From: Sphagnum compactum
Taxonomy: Eukaryota
Direction: 5' to 3'
Assembly (NCBI GenBank): GCA_965153455.1
Contig: OZ234494.1
Coordinates: 5,146,001-5,210,000, forward strand
Length of the DNA stretch: 64,000 nt
Shown here one piece after another: positions 27,469 through 38,646 of the stretch. Position 1 is the first letter of the stretch. The number at the start of each line of letters is the position of its first letter. The translations under genes and the position numbers were made by a program. The notes beneath the pieces are model-generated. The model was not told the DNA's origin, did no database searches, and saw only the letters and a program-made list of their open reading frames with translations.

Positions 27469-29298
27469 ATGGTTAAGATGGAAATCTGTTCTGATTCAGA
27501 GGATCAGATCTCCAAGTTGAGCGAATCCTCTTTGATTGCTTACAGGATAAGGAAAGCAGGGCGCGGCGCGCGTTTAGGGTTCGAAAAATTTAAAAGAAGC
27601 AAACCGAGCCCTGGCGGCGGCGGCGGCGCCAATGCTTTCCCTCCGGCAAGCAAGGAGGTCTCGTCGGCTACCAACGGATCCTCTCATCCGCCAGCGCAAG
27701 GCTCTTGCAAAGCTCCCGCCGCGCCGAACACTCTCCTCCCGGAAAGCTTGCTCAGCACGAAAGGGAAGAACGTAGGACAAACGCCGGCGGACCCGGCTGC
27801 ACTCAGCGAATCGGAGAGATGCTGTTCCCCAAGCAAGGACGCGCAAGCGACCACTGCACGGAGCCATGGTGAATCACGGGAAGGCCGCCTCCAATGGCCA
27901 TCTTCGCCGATCAACCATCGGGATATCTCAACGCAATCCGGAAAGGGCGCAGCCGGGGCATCTGGAAGCTCCTCCCAACCTAAGGTACCTCCAAAGAACT
28001 CTCTCTCCCTTCCACGCGTTTCAGAATTGTTCTCTGTAGTGGTGGGCCAAGGACTGAGCTCGGAGAACCTGGGCGTTGCCGCTGAAAGGTTGGTAGCGAG
28101 AGAGGACCTCTCCGCCGCCAGAGAAAAAGATCCAAGTGAGAGAACCAAGTCAAGAAGGAGATCGGACACCTTATCAGCCACTCCTCCCAACCCAGCTCTG
28201 ATCACGCGTCCAGGCAAAGGACCAGGAACGACCGCCCCCATGGGAGCGGATCCCCAAGGCCCATCGCCGGTAGATTATAGCCTGGAACTAGAAGCGGAGT
28301 TCCCACTAGATATGGTGACTGAAATGCAAGGCAACGCTGCCAAAAAAGCTCGTAGAACCGTAATCGGACGCACCTTCGGGGGGAGAGCGACATTCAAAGC
28401 TTTGCACGAATGCGTGAAACTCCACCTTCCAACGTCCTACACTTCAACCACACTTCTAACACGGGGCTACTTCCTGATCCTCTTTGAGAACGAGGAAGGA
28501 GCCATTTCATGATAAGAGGAGCGGTAGAGCGCGGGCGGACGCACCGGTAGCTACGGGTCCCCCCTGGACCCTCTCACAACCAACCCAGGGGAAGGGAACA
28601 AAGAGGCTGGGCGGTTTAATAAGTCCCACGTGGAAGCAACGGAAGGATGGTCCTTCCAAGGGAAAATGAAACACACTCCTAAACTGGCCTCGCCCAGACA
28701 AGAAACAACTCAGCTCCCTTTCCACACCCCGCAACGGGATGCCACGCCGGGAGGGAAGAAAGGTCTAATGCACTCAGAGGTGCACCCCTCCTTCTTCACC
28801 TCTCTTGGCATTCCCGCCCTGCCAAACAAAGACCCCTTTAGAACCAGGATCTGGCCAGTTCTGGTCAGGGACAAGAATTCACAGAAAGAGACGTTGGTGC
28901 ACTCCAAGAACCAAGCTTTGCCGAGCCTCCTGTTGAGCATTAGGATCACGGGGCCAGCCGAAGCTGCGGAAGTGGAATGGTACCCCAGCTCGGCTTGGGC
29001 GGACCTCATCCAATGCATAGAGTTAGAACTAGAAGAGAAGATACTAAGGTTCAAACTCAGCCTCACCGAACAGCCCCAATTGGAATGGGTCTGGCAGGAA
29101 AAGTTGAGTAGAGGAGGAATGGAATGCACCATACTTGCCTACATTGACACGGGATCAAGCGCGCAGAGTGTCCAGAACAAGCGGCATTTGCAATGGAAGG
29201 TTTTGGAGCACATTCCTAGAATGAACAATGAGGTTGAGTTCGCCGCCCCGACACACAATCTGCTAAAGAAAACCGACGGGGAAAACACGACCCGCTAG
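27469..29298 (+). pseudogene. LINE ORF1-like region (disordered N-terminus, partial DUF4283/RRM-like domain, unknown C-terminal domain)
   Basis: RRTVIGRTFGGRATFKALHECVKLHL..LLTRGYFLILFENEE resembles plant L1 ORF1 DUF4283. It is truncated at ~28510 (apparent deletion, no zinc knuckle), and the same frame continues to the TAG at 29296-29298. Confidence 0.65.
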
Positions 29299-29523
29299 GC
29301 ACACAAAAACTGCACGACGAGCATTTTAGCCTCTCCTCAGGCGGCAAGGAAAAAACGGTTCATTAAGCTAGATCTAACGTTGCTGATGGCCTCTCAGAAG
29401 GACAGCATAGACCCAACTTACACCGGCCAAAAGGCGGAGAGCGAGGACCAAAAGCCCCCTTCTGGGGATCACACCAACTCTCGGGGTCGACCGGCCATCT
29501 GGCTGCCTGTAACAAGCTCACTT

Positions 29524-32500
29524 ATGACTGAGAAGGCCCTCACCTTAGCCTCCCTCAATGTCAGAGGACTGAGGGGAGGCACGACCAAGCCAAAAGAGAT
29601 CAAGGTTTGGCTTGCCTCACTCCCAACCCCCCCTCAAATTGTACTCATTCAAGAGCACCATCTCGGGAAGGAGGATACCCAGGATTCCGCCAAAGGCATC
29701 GCGTTCTGGCAAGGAAACTCCTTCTGGAACGAGGGCATCCCTATGGGCCGCTCGCAAAGAACTAGCGCCGGCACGGCCATCCTGGTTGACAAGACAACCG
29801 CCCCACTCATCATAGCGCACAGAACTCTGATTAAAGGCCGCGCGCAGTTCATCACCTTCCAAGCTCCCGGTAATGGAACGCTAACCATTATCAATGTATA
29901 CGCCCCACGCTCCTCCAACGACAGAACCCAACTCTGGCGAAGGATCAATCAAGCCGACTTCAACTCGGATCACATCATCCTGGGGGGCGATTTCAACCAC
30001 CTAGAGGCGACAGATTACCGAGGCACAGCCGGCGAGAGGCAAATGCACAGGAGGGAATCCGCCTCCTGGCATCACATGACGTTAAGTTACGGACTAACTG
30101 ACGCTTGGCGCTTAGATAGCTTTTGAAAGTTAACAAGAAGGAGTTCACTTACGACAACGGGAAGGCGGGTGCAACCTCGGCCGTCTTTAGAATTGACAAG
30201 TTCATGGTCTCCCAAACCTTAGAGGAAAGGGGAGGGAGAATTGAGGCAGCGGCCTCGGTGAGAAAGTTCTCAGACCACTCGCCCCTCATCATCACCATTT
30301 GGGGGCAGCATAACACCCCCAGCAACCCCCCGTGCTTCTTTGACATCTCTCTTTTGAGCGATGAAAGAAGCAGGCAAAAGATATTGGAAGCTTGGGCCGG
30401 GAACCATCCCCCCCCCTCCAACGATATGGACTGGCCAGCCTGGCTAGAGGCCGCCACCGGAAGGGTCATGATGTGCAACTCGCGGCTCTCAAAGGCAAAA
30501 AAACACGCCCAGGGGACATGTGTAAGAGCATGCACCAAAAAAATCCAACTGGCAGAAATTCAGCTCTAAAGGGACCCGTCAAACGAGGAAGTGAGGAGCA
30601 TCCTCTCCGACTCACAAGGCAAGCTCGCGGAGGTCTTTCAGAACTCGGTCGAACGCAACCAGCACCTCTCCTCATCTAATTGGCTCCGGTACGGGGATAC
30701 ATGTTCTAAAGTCTTCTTTGACTTCCACCGTATAGGGAAAAAGAAAACCTTTTTGCGAGAGTTGGAAACTGAGACGGGGACCATCACGGGTTAGAACAAC
30801 CTCACACAATACATAACCGAGTACTACACTCGCCTCTACTCTTCGAACGCGCACATACCCGGCACGGCGGAAGCTCAAGCGGAATGCTGGACCAGCGTTT
30901 CGATGAAGGTCACTCAAGACATTAATGCAAGCCTTACCAGGGACCTCACGGTAAGAGACATCCTAGACGCCATCAAAGCGCTGCCCAAAGGAAAGGCACC
31001 AGGGCACAATGGGGTACCAATGGAGTTCTTCCATGAGTATGCGGAAGAAGTCACGTCGACTTTGCTTCAAGCCTTCACGGCCATGCTTAAATCTGGGGCA
31101 ACCTCGGCTTCCATCAACAAGGGCCTAATAACCCTCATCCCCAAGACCGGGGACCGAGCTAGGCTCAGCAATTGGAGACCCATAACTCTTCTGGGCAGCA
31201 TCTACAAAGTTTTGGCGTAAACCATTGCTGGGAGGATCCAATCGGCTCTCACTCACATAATTAGGCCCAATCAAACAGGATTTGTGGAGGGGAGAAGTAT
31301 ACTCGATAATGTCTTCATGACGCAAAAAGCTCTGGGATGGGCAGAAGAAAGTGAGCAAGATCTCGTCTTGCTCCTTCTAGACTTCAAAAAGGAATTCGAT
31401 AGATTCGAATGGGGGTTTCTCTTCACGGCTCTAGCCAAGTTAGGCTTCAGCGACACTTGGGTGAGTTAGGTTAGATCCCTGTACCAGTCGGCCTCTTCCG
31501 CCATCAAGGTCAACGGAGCCGCCGAATTCGACTTCCGGTTAGCCCGATCAGTTAAACAAGGGTGCCCGTTGGCCCCATACTTCTTCATACTTGCCACCGA
31601 TGTCCTGGGCTATATGATGGCGGATCCCAAACATGGGGTGGAAGGCCTCTACCTACCCAGAGGAGGTTTGATCAGAGATCAAACGTTCGCGGATGACACA
31701 GCCTTGTACTTGCAAGGCTCCCCGGCCAACATGGACAGGGCGTAAGAGGTCCTCAAGATCTTTTGCCGCGCATCCGGAACAAAAATAAACTGGCACAAAT
31801 CTGCCACCATCTGGGCTAGTAAGAAGGAAAGAACTTGGGAATGGGGCGAAGACGAAGGCCTCAAGTGGATCCCCGCCGGTGAAAGAACTCGGTACCTTGG
31901 AATTCAGGTTGGCTTCCACCTCCCCCTTGAGGCAAATTTTGACACAATGATGATTGCCCTCAAAGGCAAACTCATCAGTTTGAGCCACAGCATGCTCTCA
32001 CTGGCGGGTAGGATCTTGGTGGCGAACCAAGTCCTACTCGCATCAATTTGGTACTTGGCAGCATGCTGGAATCCCAATCCCAGAATGTGCTGCTAGGTGA
32101 GGGGGGTTGTTCGAATCTTCATCTGGGGCGGCAAGGATGCGCCCGCGAGAGCCAAGGTAAAATGGGACATGCTGGCGCTCCCAACCGCCCAAGGCAGCTT
32201 GGGCGTCACGGATCCCAAGTTTCAGTCGGAAGTTCTACTAGCTAAGTTACTCGTAAGGGGCCTCGCACCGGGCGGTGAGCCATGGAAGGAGCTGGTGAGG
32301 CACAAAGTCGACCAGACCAGACTCCCGGTCCATGGAAAGGGCCCCACCAACCTCAACTTCAACTGGCTTCTCGCCGCACCCAAGCTAAAGAGGCTACAAT
32401 GTTCGATGTGGAAGAGCATTGTCGGAGCCTGGCTGAACGTGAGGCCAGGCCTGACCAAATCAGACCCAACAACCGCAGCCGAAGTGCTCAGGCAGCCAAT

Positions 32501-33736
32501 CTTCGGCAACCCGTCCATCCTCAGTACAAGCGGCACCTCGCTCGGAGTAAGCGGCCTTGGTGAAGGATGCGCTTTTGCACATTCCGGGTGCTCCTGGGTC
32601 AAGGACCTATGGAGCCCAAAAAACAAAGAATGGAAAGGTCTCTCGGACCTGGGAATGAGTCACCACACCTCAAATAGGCGATGTAGAGACATCATCACGG
32701 CTAGCATTCCATGGCGCCCGGACGAGTATAATAGCCACATCCAAGTAGGTGACTGGATTGGCAGCCCAACCCCCCGCATGGGTAACCCACTTGACTAGGT
32801 GTATCTAGTGCTCGAGCACACCCGAGACAAGGCCAACGTGATCGAGTTCAAAAAAATCACGCTCAACGGTCGCATTCAAGCCACGACTCAACAGGTTCAC
32901 ACGATCTTCACGGCGAACTACCGCACGGTTAGAATGCTCTCTCAAGAGAAACCTGGTGCAACCCTGAAAGTTGCCATGGACCCGCCGGAACCAGGTAAAA
33001 AACCCCCCCTGTATTGGATTTTTGAAACAGGGTTCATCCAGGATCTCCCATGGGACCCCGGCGAGTGGCATTGGCGATCTAACCCGCCTTTGGGCGACGC
33101 ACCGTTCTTCGGTTACACCGCCAAAAGGGGCTATATAAACACCCGAAAGGCGACCCACTCCTCCAACATGCTGACCTTCCTGCAAGGCCTCAACCTCCGA
33201 AACACCACAAACTCCCAGATGATCGCCAGGCTTTGGCACAACGCGCGCCCACGCAAGGTGGGCACGCTCATCTAGCTGACTCTTAACCAAGGCCTCCCGG
33301 TGGGCACATGGTTACAACTCATGGGAATCACTCCACATTGCAAAGTCTGCGACTCCAACGCAGAAGAATCCCCTCCACCCGGGCTCCTCGCATATCATAC
33401 TGGCGGATGGACTTACCCCAGGCAGCCATTAGACATTCTCCGTAGTTTCATTCTTTACCACCTATGGTCGGGGAGATGTAGGAAACACTTTGGAGAACAG
33501 TATTCCCTCAAGAAGGTTTTTACTCAGGCCTGGGTGGCCACCGTTGAGGTTGGTATGGCCTCTTGGAAGGACATTAGATCTCACCGACCCACCAAGGATC
33601 CTGTTATTCAAAATAGCATTGAGTTAGACTTCAGAAAAGAGTGGCTTCACATGAACATTCTTGGAAAGGATAATGCCACCATTGGGTGGCATTCCCCCCC
33701 CCCCCTTTGTACTATTTACATTTCTCTAATGATTGA
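29524..33736 (+). pseudogene. LINE ORF2: APE endonuclease, reverse transcriptase and partial zf-RVT
   Basis: APE motifs SLNVRGL, LIQEHH, INVYAP, GGDFN, IDKF, SDHSP. RT motifs KAPGHNG, LIPK..NWRPITLL, QTGFVEGRSILDN, LDFKKEFDR, KQGCPLAP, FADDT, RYLGI. CKVC near the C-terminus. Nine in-frame stops and frameshifts at ~30130 and ~33700. Confidence 0.92.
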
Positions 33737-34561
33737 TGGGGCTGTTGCCTCCCTCCCTGCAAGGGGTTCACCCTGCAGCTCTCCGCCGAGGCTACATCCG
33801 AATGGCACTTTTTCACGGGACTCCCAACGAGGAGTCTTGAAACTGTCCCGGTTTGGACTCCCAGGACTTTGGGAGCTCATATCTCCCGGCTCAGACCTCC
33901 GATTGGAGTGAGGTCTGAACCAACGTTGTAGCTCTCCTCGAGATCTTTCCAACGGTGTGTTGCACTCCACCTGCACACACCGAGATCAACACACCGTGCA
34001 GGGTCAGGAGTCAAACTGCCAGTCAAACTGGGCCTTTCTTTTGCCCATAACTTGGGCTGCAGATGTCCAAATGGCCCATGCGAGGCCATTTTCGATATCT
34101 ACACTTCAAGACCTTTCCATTGATATAAAGAACTCTTCAAGGCAAGGTGTTTTGACCCCTGCAATTGAACTCTGAGTTTTCGGGAGTTTCGGAGGACTCC
34201 AAGTCCCCAACTTTGGGAGTGTGAGTTGCATCCTCACACTTTGCCCAAAGTGGGGTTGCGACAATAACCTTGTTAGTGATAGGGGTTTGCATTTTTCAAA
34301 TTGCAAGTCTAACTTAAATGTATGCTTCTCCCATTCATGTCGACCTTTATTTCTAACTTCTTTATGTAGGTATGGTTTTCTATAGGGTTGTTTTGGCACA
34401 CCCTTAAGTTTATTTCGAAATATTAGGAGTAAACCCTTGAAGTGACAATAGTGGAAAGGAGAAAGAAATAAAACTTGAAGGCCTATTCATTAACTCTTCA
34501 CATTGAGAAAAAAAATTGTGGAGGAAATTCAAAATGAAACTAAAACCATGTGACAATCATT

Positions 34562-35010
34562 GACACCTCATATACAAGTCACTTGCACAAGTCAAACAAT
34601 GCACATGGTTAATGTAAATGGACTTAACCTTGGGTCATGGGCTTGCTTTAGATTCATTACATTAACATGACCTAGATTTGAAAAGAGATACCACCTTCCT
34701 CCTTAAAGTATAGTTTTTGATTGATGATACAATTAACTATATTGAAATGGCTAAAAAAATTTGGATTCCGAAATTGAAATTACCTCACATAGCCCATAAC
34801 TCCCTCACATATGAGCTCTTATTGAAGAGTTTCAATCTTTAAAGTTGCAGCCTTCAGTGATATCTCTTCAACTTTGTGTTGTACATTTTGATTGGAAGTT
34901 TATTTAACCTTTGTTTCTTGGGTTTTACTACTTAATATTCGACTTATTGTGGATAAGTGGTTGAATATTGAACAACTTTTCATTGAAAATTCATGTAAAT
35001 CAAAACTAAA
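34562..35010. mobile_element. Highly degenerate relative of the solo-LTR family
   Basis: ccaccttcctccttaaagtata, gaaatggc, cccataac and aaagttgcagcc are colinear with the LTR at 24950-25150. Boundaries approximate. Confidence 0.4.
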
Positions 35011-37350
35011 AATTATAAACAATTTGAAATTTTTTGGTTCTAAGTTGTGGGAGATATTGAATTTTGAGTAGTTTTTGGCATTTCAAATTTAATTTAATCA
35101 CAAAATTTGGTTTTGGAAGGAAAATAGTTAGGTAACAAGTTCACATTGGGGCCGACGACATTGGCCACACTACTAGATTTGATATTAGAAAGGAGCATTG
35201 AGTGTACAACCAAGTCTCTAGCCTTCATCCAAAAATGGGTTTCTTGTTCAAATCAAAATCGTACTTCAAATCCTATAGGGAATTACCCCCTTTTTTTTTG
35301 GTTACCTATGAATTTTTTCCAAAAAGTGAAATAAAAAATGAACTTAACTTTTTGGGGTTTCATAAGTGAGAAAAAATAAGAGGAAAGATTGAATCCTATA
35401 TTTGATTCCATTAAGTAGCCAAAAATATAGAAGAATAATTAAAAACTTGTCCTTCATATCTTGTTCATTGCTAAAATTGGCTCAACCTTCTTAGGGATGA
35501 TTGTCACTTTTTCTACATCTTCTTATGGATGACTATATACTCATACATAGTCATATGTGAGTCATATATTGTCACTTCCCTCTAGACAACAAAAACGTCA
35601 TGACTATATGACTAAGATCAATTTTATATTGACCGCGATTGCAATCAACAAAACAATGGTAGGAGGGTCAACAACAACAAGAAACATAGGCTTATGAATG
35701 AATCATGATGATGTTACATTGACCAAATATTTGCAAAAGAAATTGAAACCAACTGATGAAACCCTGCCAAACTGTATAAAAAGAAAGCACCCAAGCAAGG
35801 GAGAGAAAAAGAAACAAGGGGCAAGGACCAAAGTCCAGGGAAGCAAACAGCCCAAATGAGGTAGGCCACAAGGAGGAAAGGGAACCACTAAGTACCCAAC
35901 CCTCCAACTCCAGGCCACTAAAGTATTACGGCACACACACGTTGGGTACAAGCTGTTGTGGAGGGTGATGTGCCCAAGTGAGGAATTTTGAGTGAACCCA
36001 GTAGGGCAAGAAAAAAATTTCAATGGGGCACAATGGCTTGGTACCAGGCATGGCCCATAATAGAATGGTTTTCATGATTTGCGCAATGGGCATGTGGATT
36101 TTGATTAATGGTTAGGTGAGGTCGAGACCTAGAAAGACTTGTCCATTGTGCCTTCCTTGTATAGGGGACTAGATAGAAGTAGAAATGGCTATATGAAAAC
36201 CATTATGTTTTGATTTTTAAAACATATAAGGCGGGGAGGGAGGGGGGGACCACTGGTGGTTGTTGAACCGTTTGTTGACGACAGATTACCACAGGTGATG
36301 TTCCAATGTTTTGTATTGTAGCCAAAGTGCTGATGATTCACATGAAGAAGATTTAGTGAAATTTGGATACAAGATAAGTAAGAAAATAATTAAAAAAAAC
36401 TCTTCTATAGTGGTCACTAAAATACTGCATCATCTATAAATATCTAGCAAATTTTCTTAGATTTTGGTCGAATTATATATGGCTATTGAAAATCTCAAAA
36501 AAAAACACTTGATTTTTTCACTTTAAATTTTTAATAAATATTTTTGGCTATACATAGCCAGCATAAAAAATGGCTACTTGATAGGTCCTTTTCAGTGTTT
36601 TTTCTTTGTTTGGCGAACTGGTGCAAATTTTGGTTCTTTGCTGGGGAGTTGCACCCACCACAACAAGTCCAATTCGCCACTTATTGTGAGACACAAGGTT
36701 TAGGGTGCCAGTTTGCACCCAATCACAAAAGGAAGGTTAGCTACATTTCTAGTGTTTTTTCTACTAGATTTTAAACAAATTTCTCAAGGTTCTCAATTTT
36801 TTTTTATCGCCATAAAAACAAAATCATTTCATTTGTGGGATGATCGCCACTCATACTACAACAACACAAAAATGGCAAGACAAAAACAAAACAAAAACAC
36901 AGGCTGGTCCTTGAGAAATGAATTTCTTTCTTTCCTGTTGTATCTACAAAGACTTGGTACCGAATGCATTTCAAGAATCCCGACGGAAGAAAAAATCGTG
37001 TTTGCGCACACGAGCACCGACACGGGCCCAGGCTCCAAAGCCAATGATGTCAGACGATGACATCCTTGATATTTGATGCACACGCAATTATCGCTCATGT
37101 TCGTGCGGTGACCGAATTGCCAGGCTTCATGATTTCTAGAACTTTTACTGGGGGCGCTTTACTTGGCACAAATCAGGAGCGCGAACGAATTCTTTGCCTA
37201 CTACTCCTACTACTCTCTCAATTTTCGGACCCCACCGTCATTACCATTTTCTGTACCTATACAGCAAAAAGTTGTTCTCAAAGCATCATCAAAGCACTCC
37301 ACCACAGGTCCCACCAATTCTCCACTCCCATTACTAACAATGTTCTGGAG

Positions 37351-37620
37351 GCAGTGTGTCTTTTGTGGGCATTTCTGTGTTATAGCCAAAGTGGCGATCA
37401 GCCACAGGAATATTTAGCCAAATTTGGTTGCAAACTAAATGTAAAAGAATTTATAAAAAAAAATCCTTCTATATTTTTTGGCTACCCACTTGAACCATGA
37501 TTTCTTTTAAAATTTGGTCTATTTTTTGAAAATATTTTTAAAAACATGATTTTTTGCTCATTTATTTTTAATATAACATTTTGGCTATATATAATTATAT
37601 AGTCAGCCAAAAAGGTTGTT
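37351..37620. repeat. Abundant short interspersed element (related copies ~36310-36575, ~50650-50880, and reverse copies ~19380-19500, ~35400-35530, ~41700-41770)
   Basis: Shared core tagccaaagtg(g)cgat..ca...gaaga.ttagccaaatttgg.tac/gc in either orientation. Confidence 0.6.
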
Positions 37621-38646
37621 CTGGAGCATTTATAAATTCTTTTGTCTAGCTCAGCTTTTGCCAGGTTCAGTGAACCAGCAGCAGCACCCACCAGCGCACC
37701 ATGCAACATAAGTAGACGGATGGATGGTATGTGGACACAAAGACACTTTTTCAGGGGTTTTCATGTTCCACAACTATTCAATCCTGATACCATAGGTAGC
37801 TTGGCAGCTTTGACACTAATTATATTATTTTTAGAAATGTTAAAATTTCGAAAAAGAAAGAAAAAGAAATAAAAAGAATGTTCCAAGGTATTCTATTTTT
37901 TGAAATGGAAATTTCCAAAATTAATTAATTGTTCCAGAAGCAAAGTGTGTCAAGGTTGCCATGCCATGATATCATGTAGTTAGCTATGTACTAACCAACC
38001 ATATATGTCTCTACCTACCTATTAGCCATCACATGCTTTACCTACTTTGTACAGACATTGTAACCAGTTATATGGCCTACCTATTTACCTATGATGCTTA
38101 CCCACTTATAATAGTGTGTTCACACTTGATGTTAAATCAATGTTAAATGAAAATCTAAATGGCATCCTAGGTGGCAACCAATGTTAAATGGGTGATAGCT
38201 TAATGTTAAATGAGTGTTAGTTTAACATAAAAATCTTCACAATAAGTAAGTTTAAGTCTTAAATGACTAGTATGGTGTTAAGGGACACGGTACTAGAGTC
38301 CCTAACACTAAGTCCTTTAGTAGTTACCTAGGTTGTGTGCAGGTGAAAATAGGAGGTTTACCATGTATTGGTCATTATGGGTTTCCAATGAATGCTACAC
38401 TTGTAGATGGTGGTGGGTTAGAGAATCCCCGAGGCCGTTGGTTTTTGTTGAGTAATACTTGGCCTGGGTGAACTAGCACTGACCGTTGGTACCTTTACCT
38501 TTTTGAGTGAGGTCTCTTAGTGGCCATCTTAAGCTCAACATATGTTAGATTTGAACTCAAAGACCTTGATTTAGTCTAATCATAAGACATTTGTAATGTT
38601 TAGAAATAATTGAAATGGATTTTGGAGTTTTTACCATGGTGCCAAC

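Larger units (their letters stand above)
27365..33773 (+). mobile_element. L1/Tx1-like non-LTR retrotransposon (LINE), near full length, decayed
   Basis: 13-bp TSD TGCAGCTCTCCGC (27352-27364, 33774-33786). GC-rich relative to flanks, with ORF1-like and APE-RT coding regions. Confidence 0.92.
27038..34263. mobile_element. Solo LTR (~800 bp) interrupted by a LINE
   Basis: TGACGCG...GGTTGCGACA termini with exact TSD ATAAC (27033-27037, 34264-34268). Halves 27038-27364 and 33774-34263 are colinear with the uninterrupted LTR at 24657. Confidence 0.9.

Noticed and set aside
27574-33290. Numerous antisense and alternate-frame ORFs over the LINE and over CAT/ABCG exons
   Set aside because: Shadow ORFs of GC-rich coding sequence.
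37119-37131. ccaggcttcat, partial match to miR166
   Set aside because: Only 11 nt match and there is no precursor hairpin.
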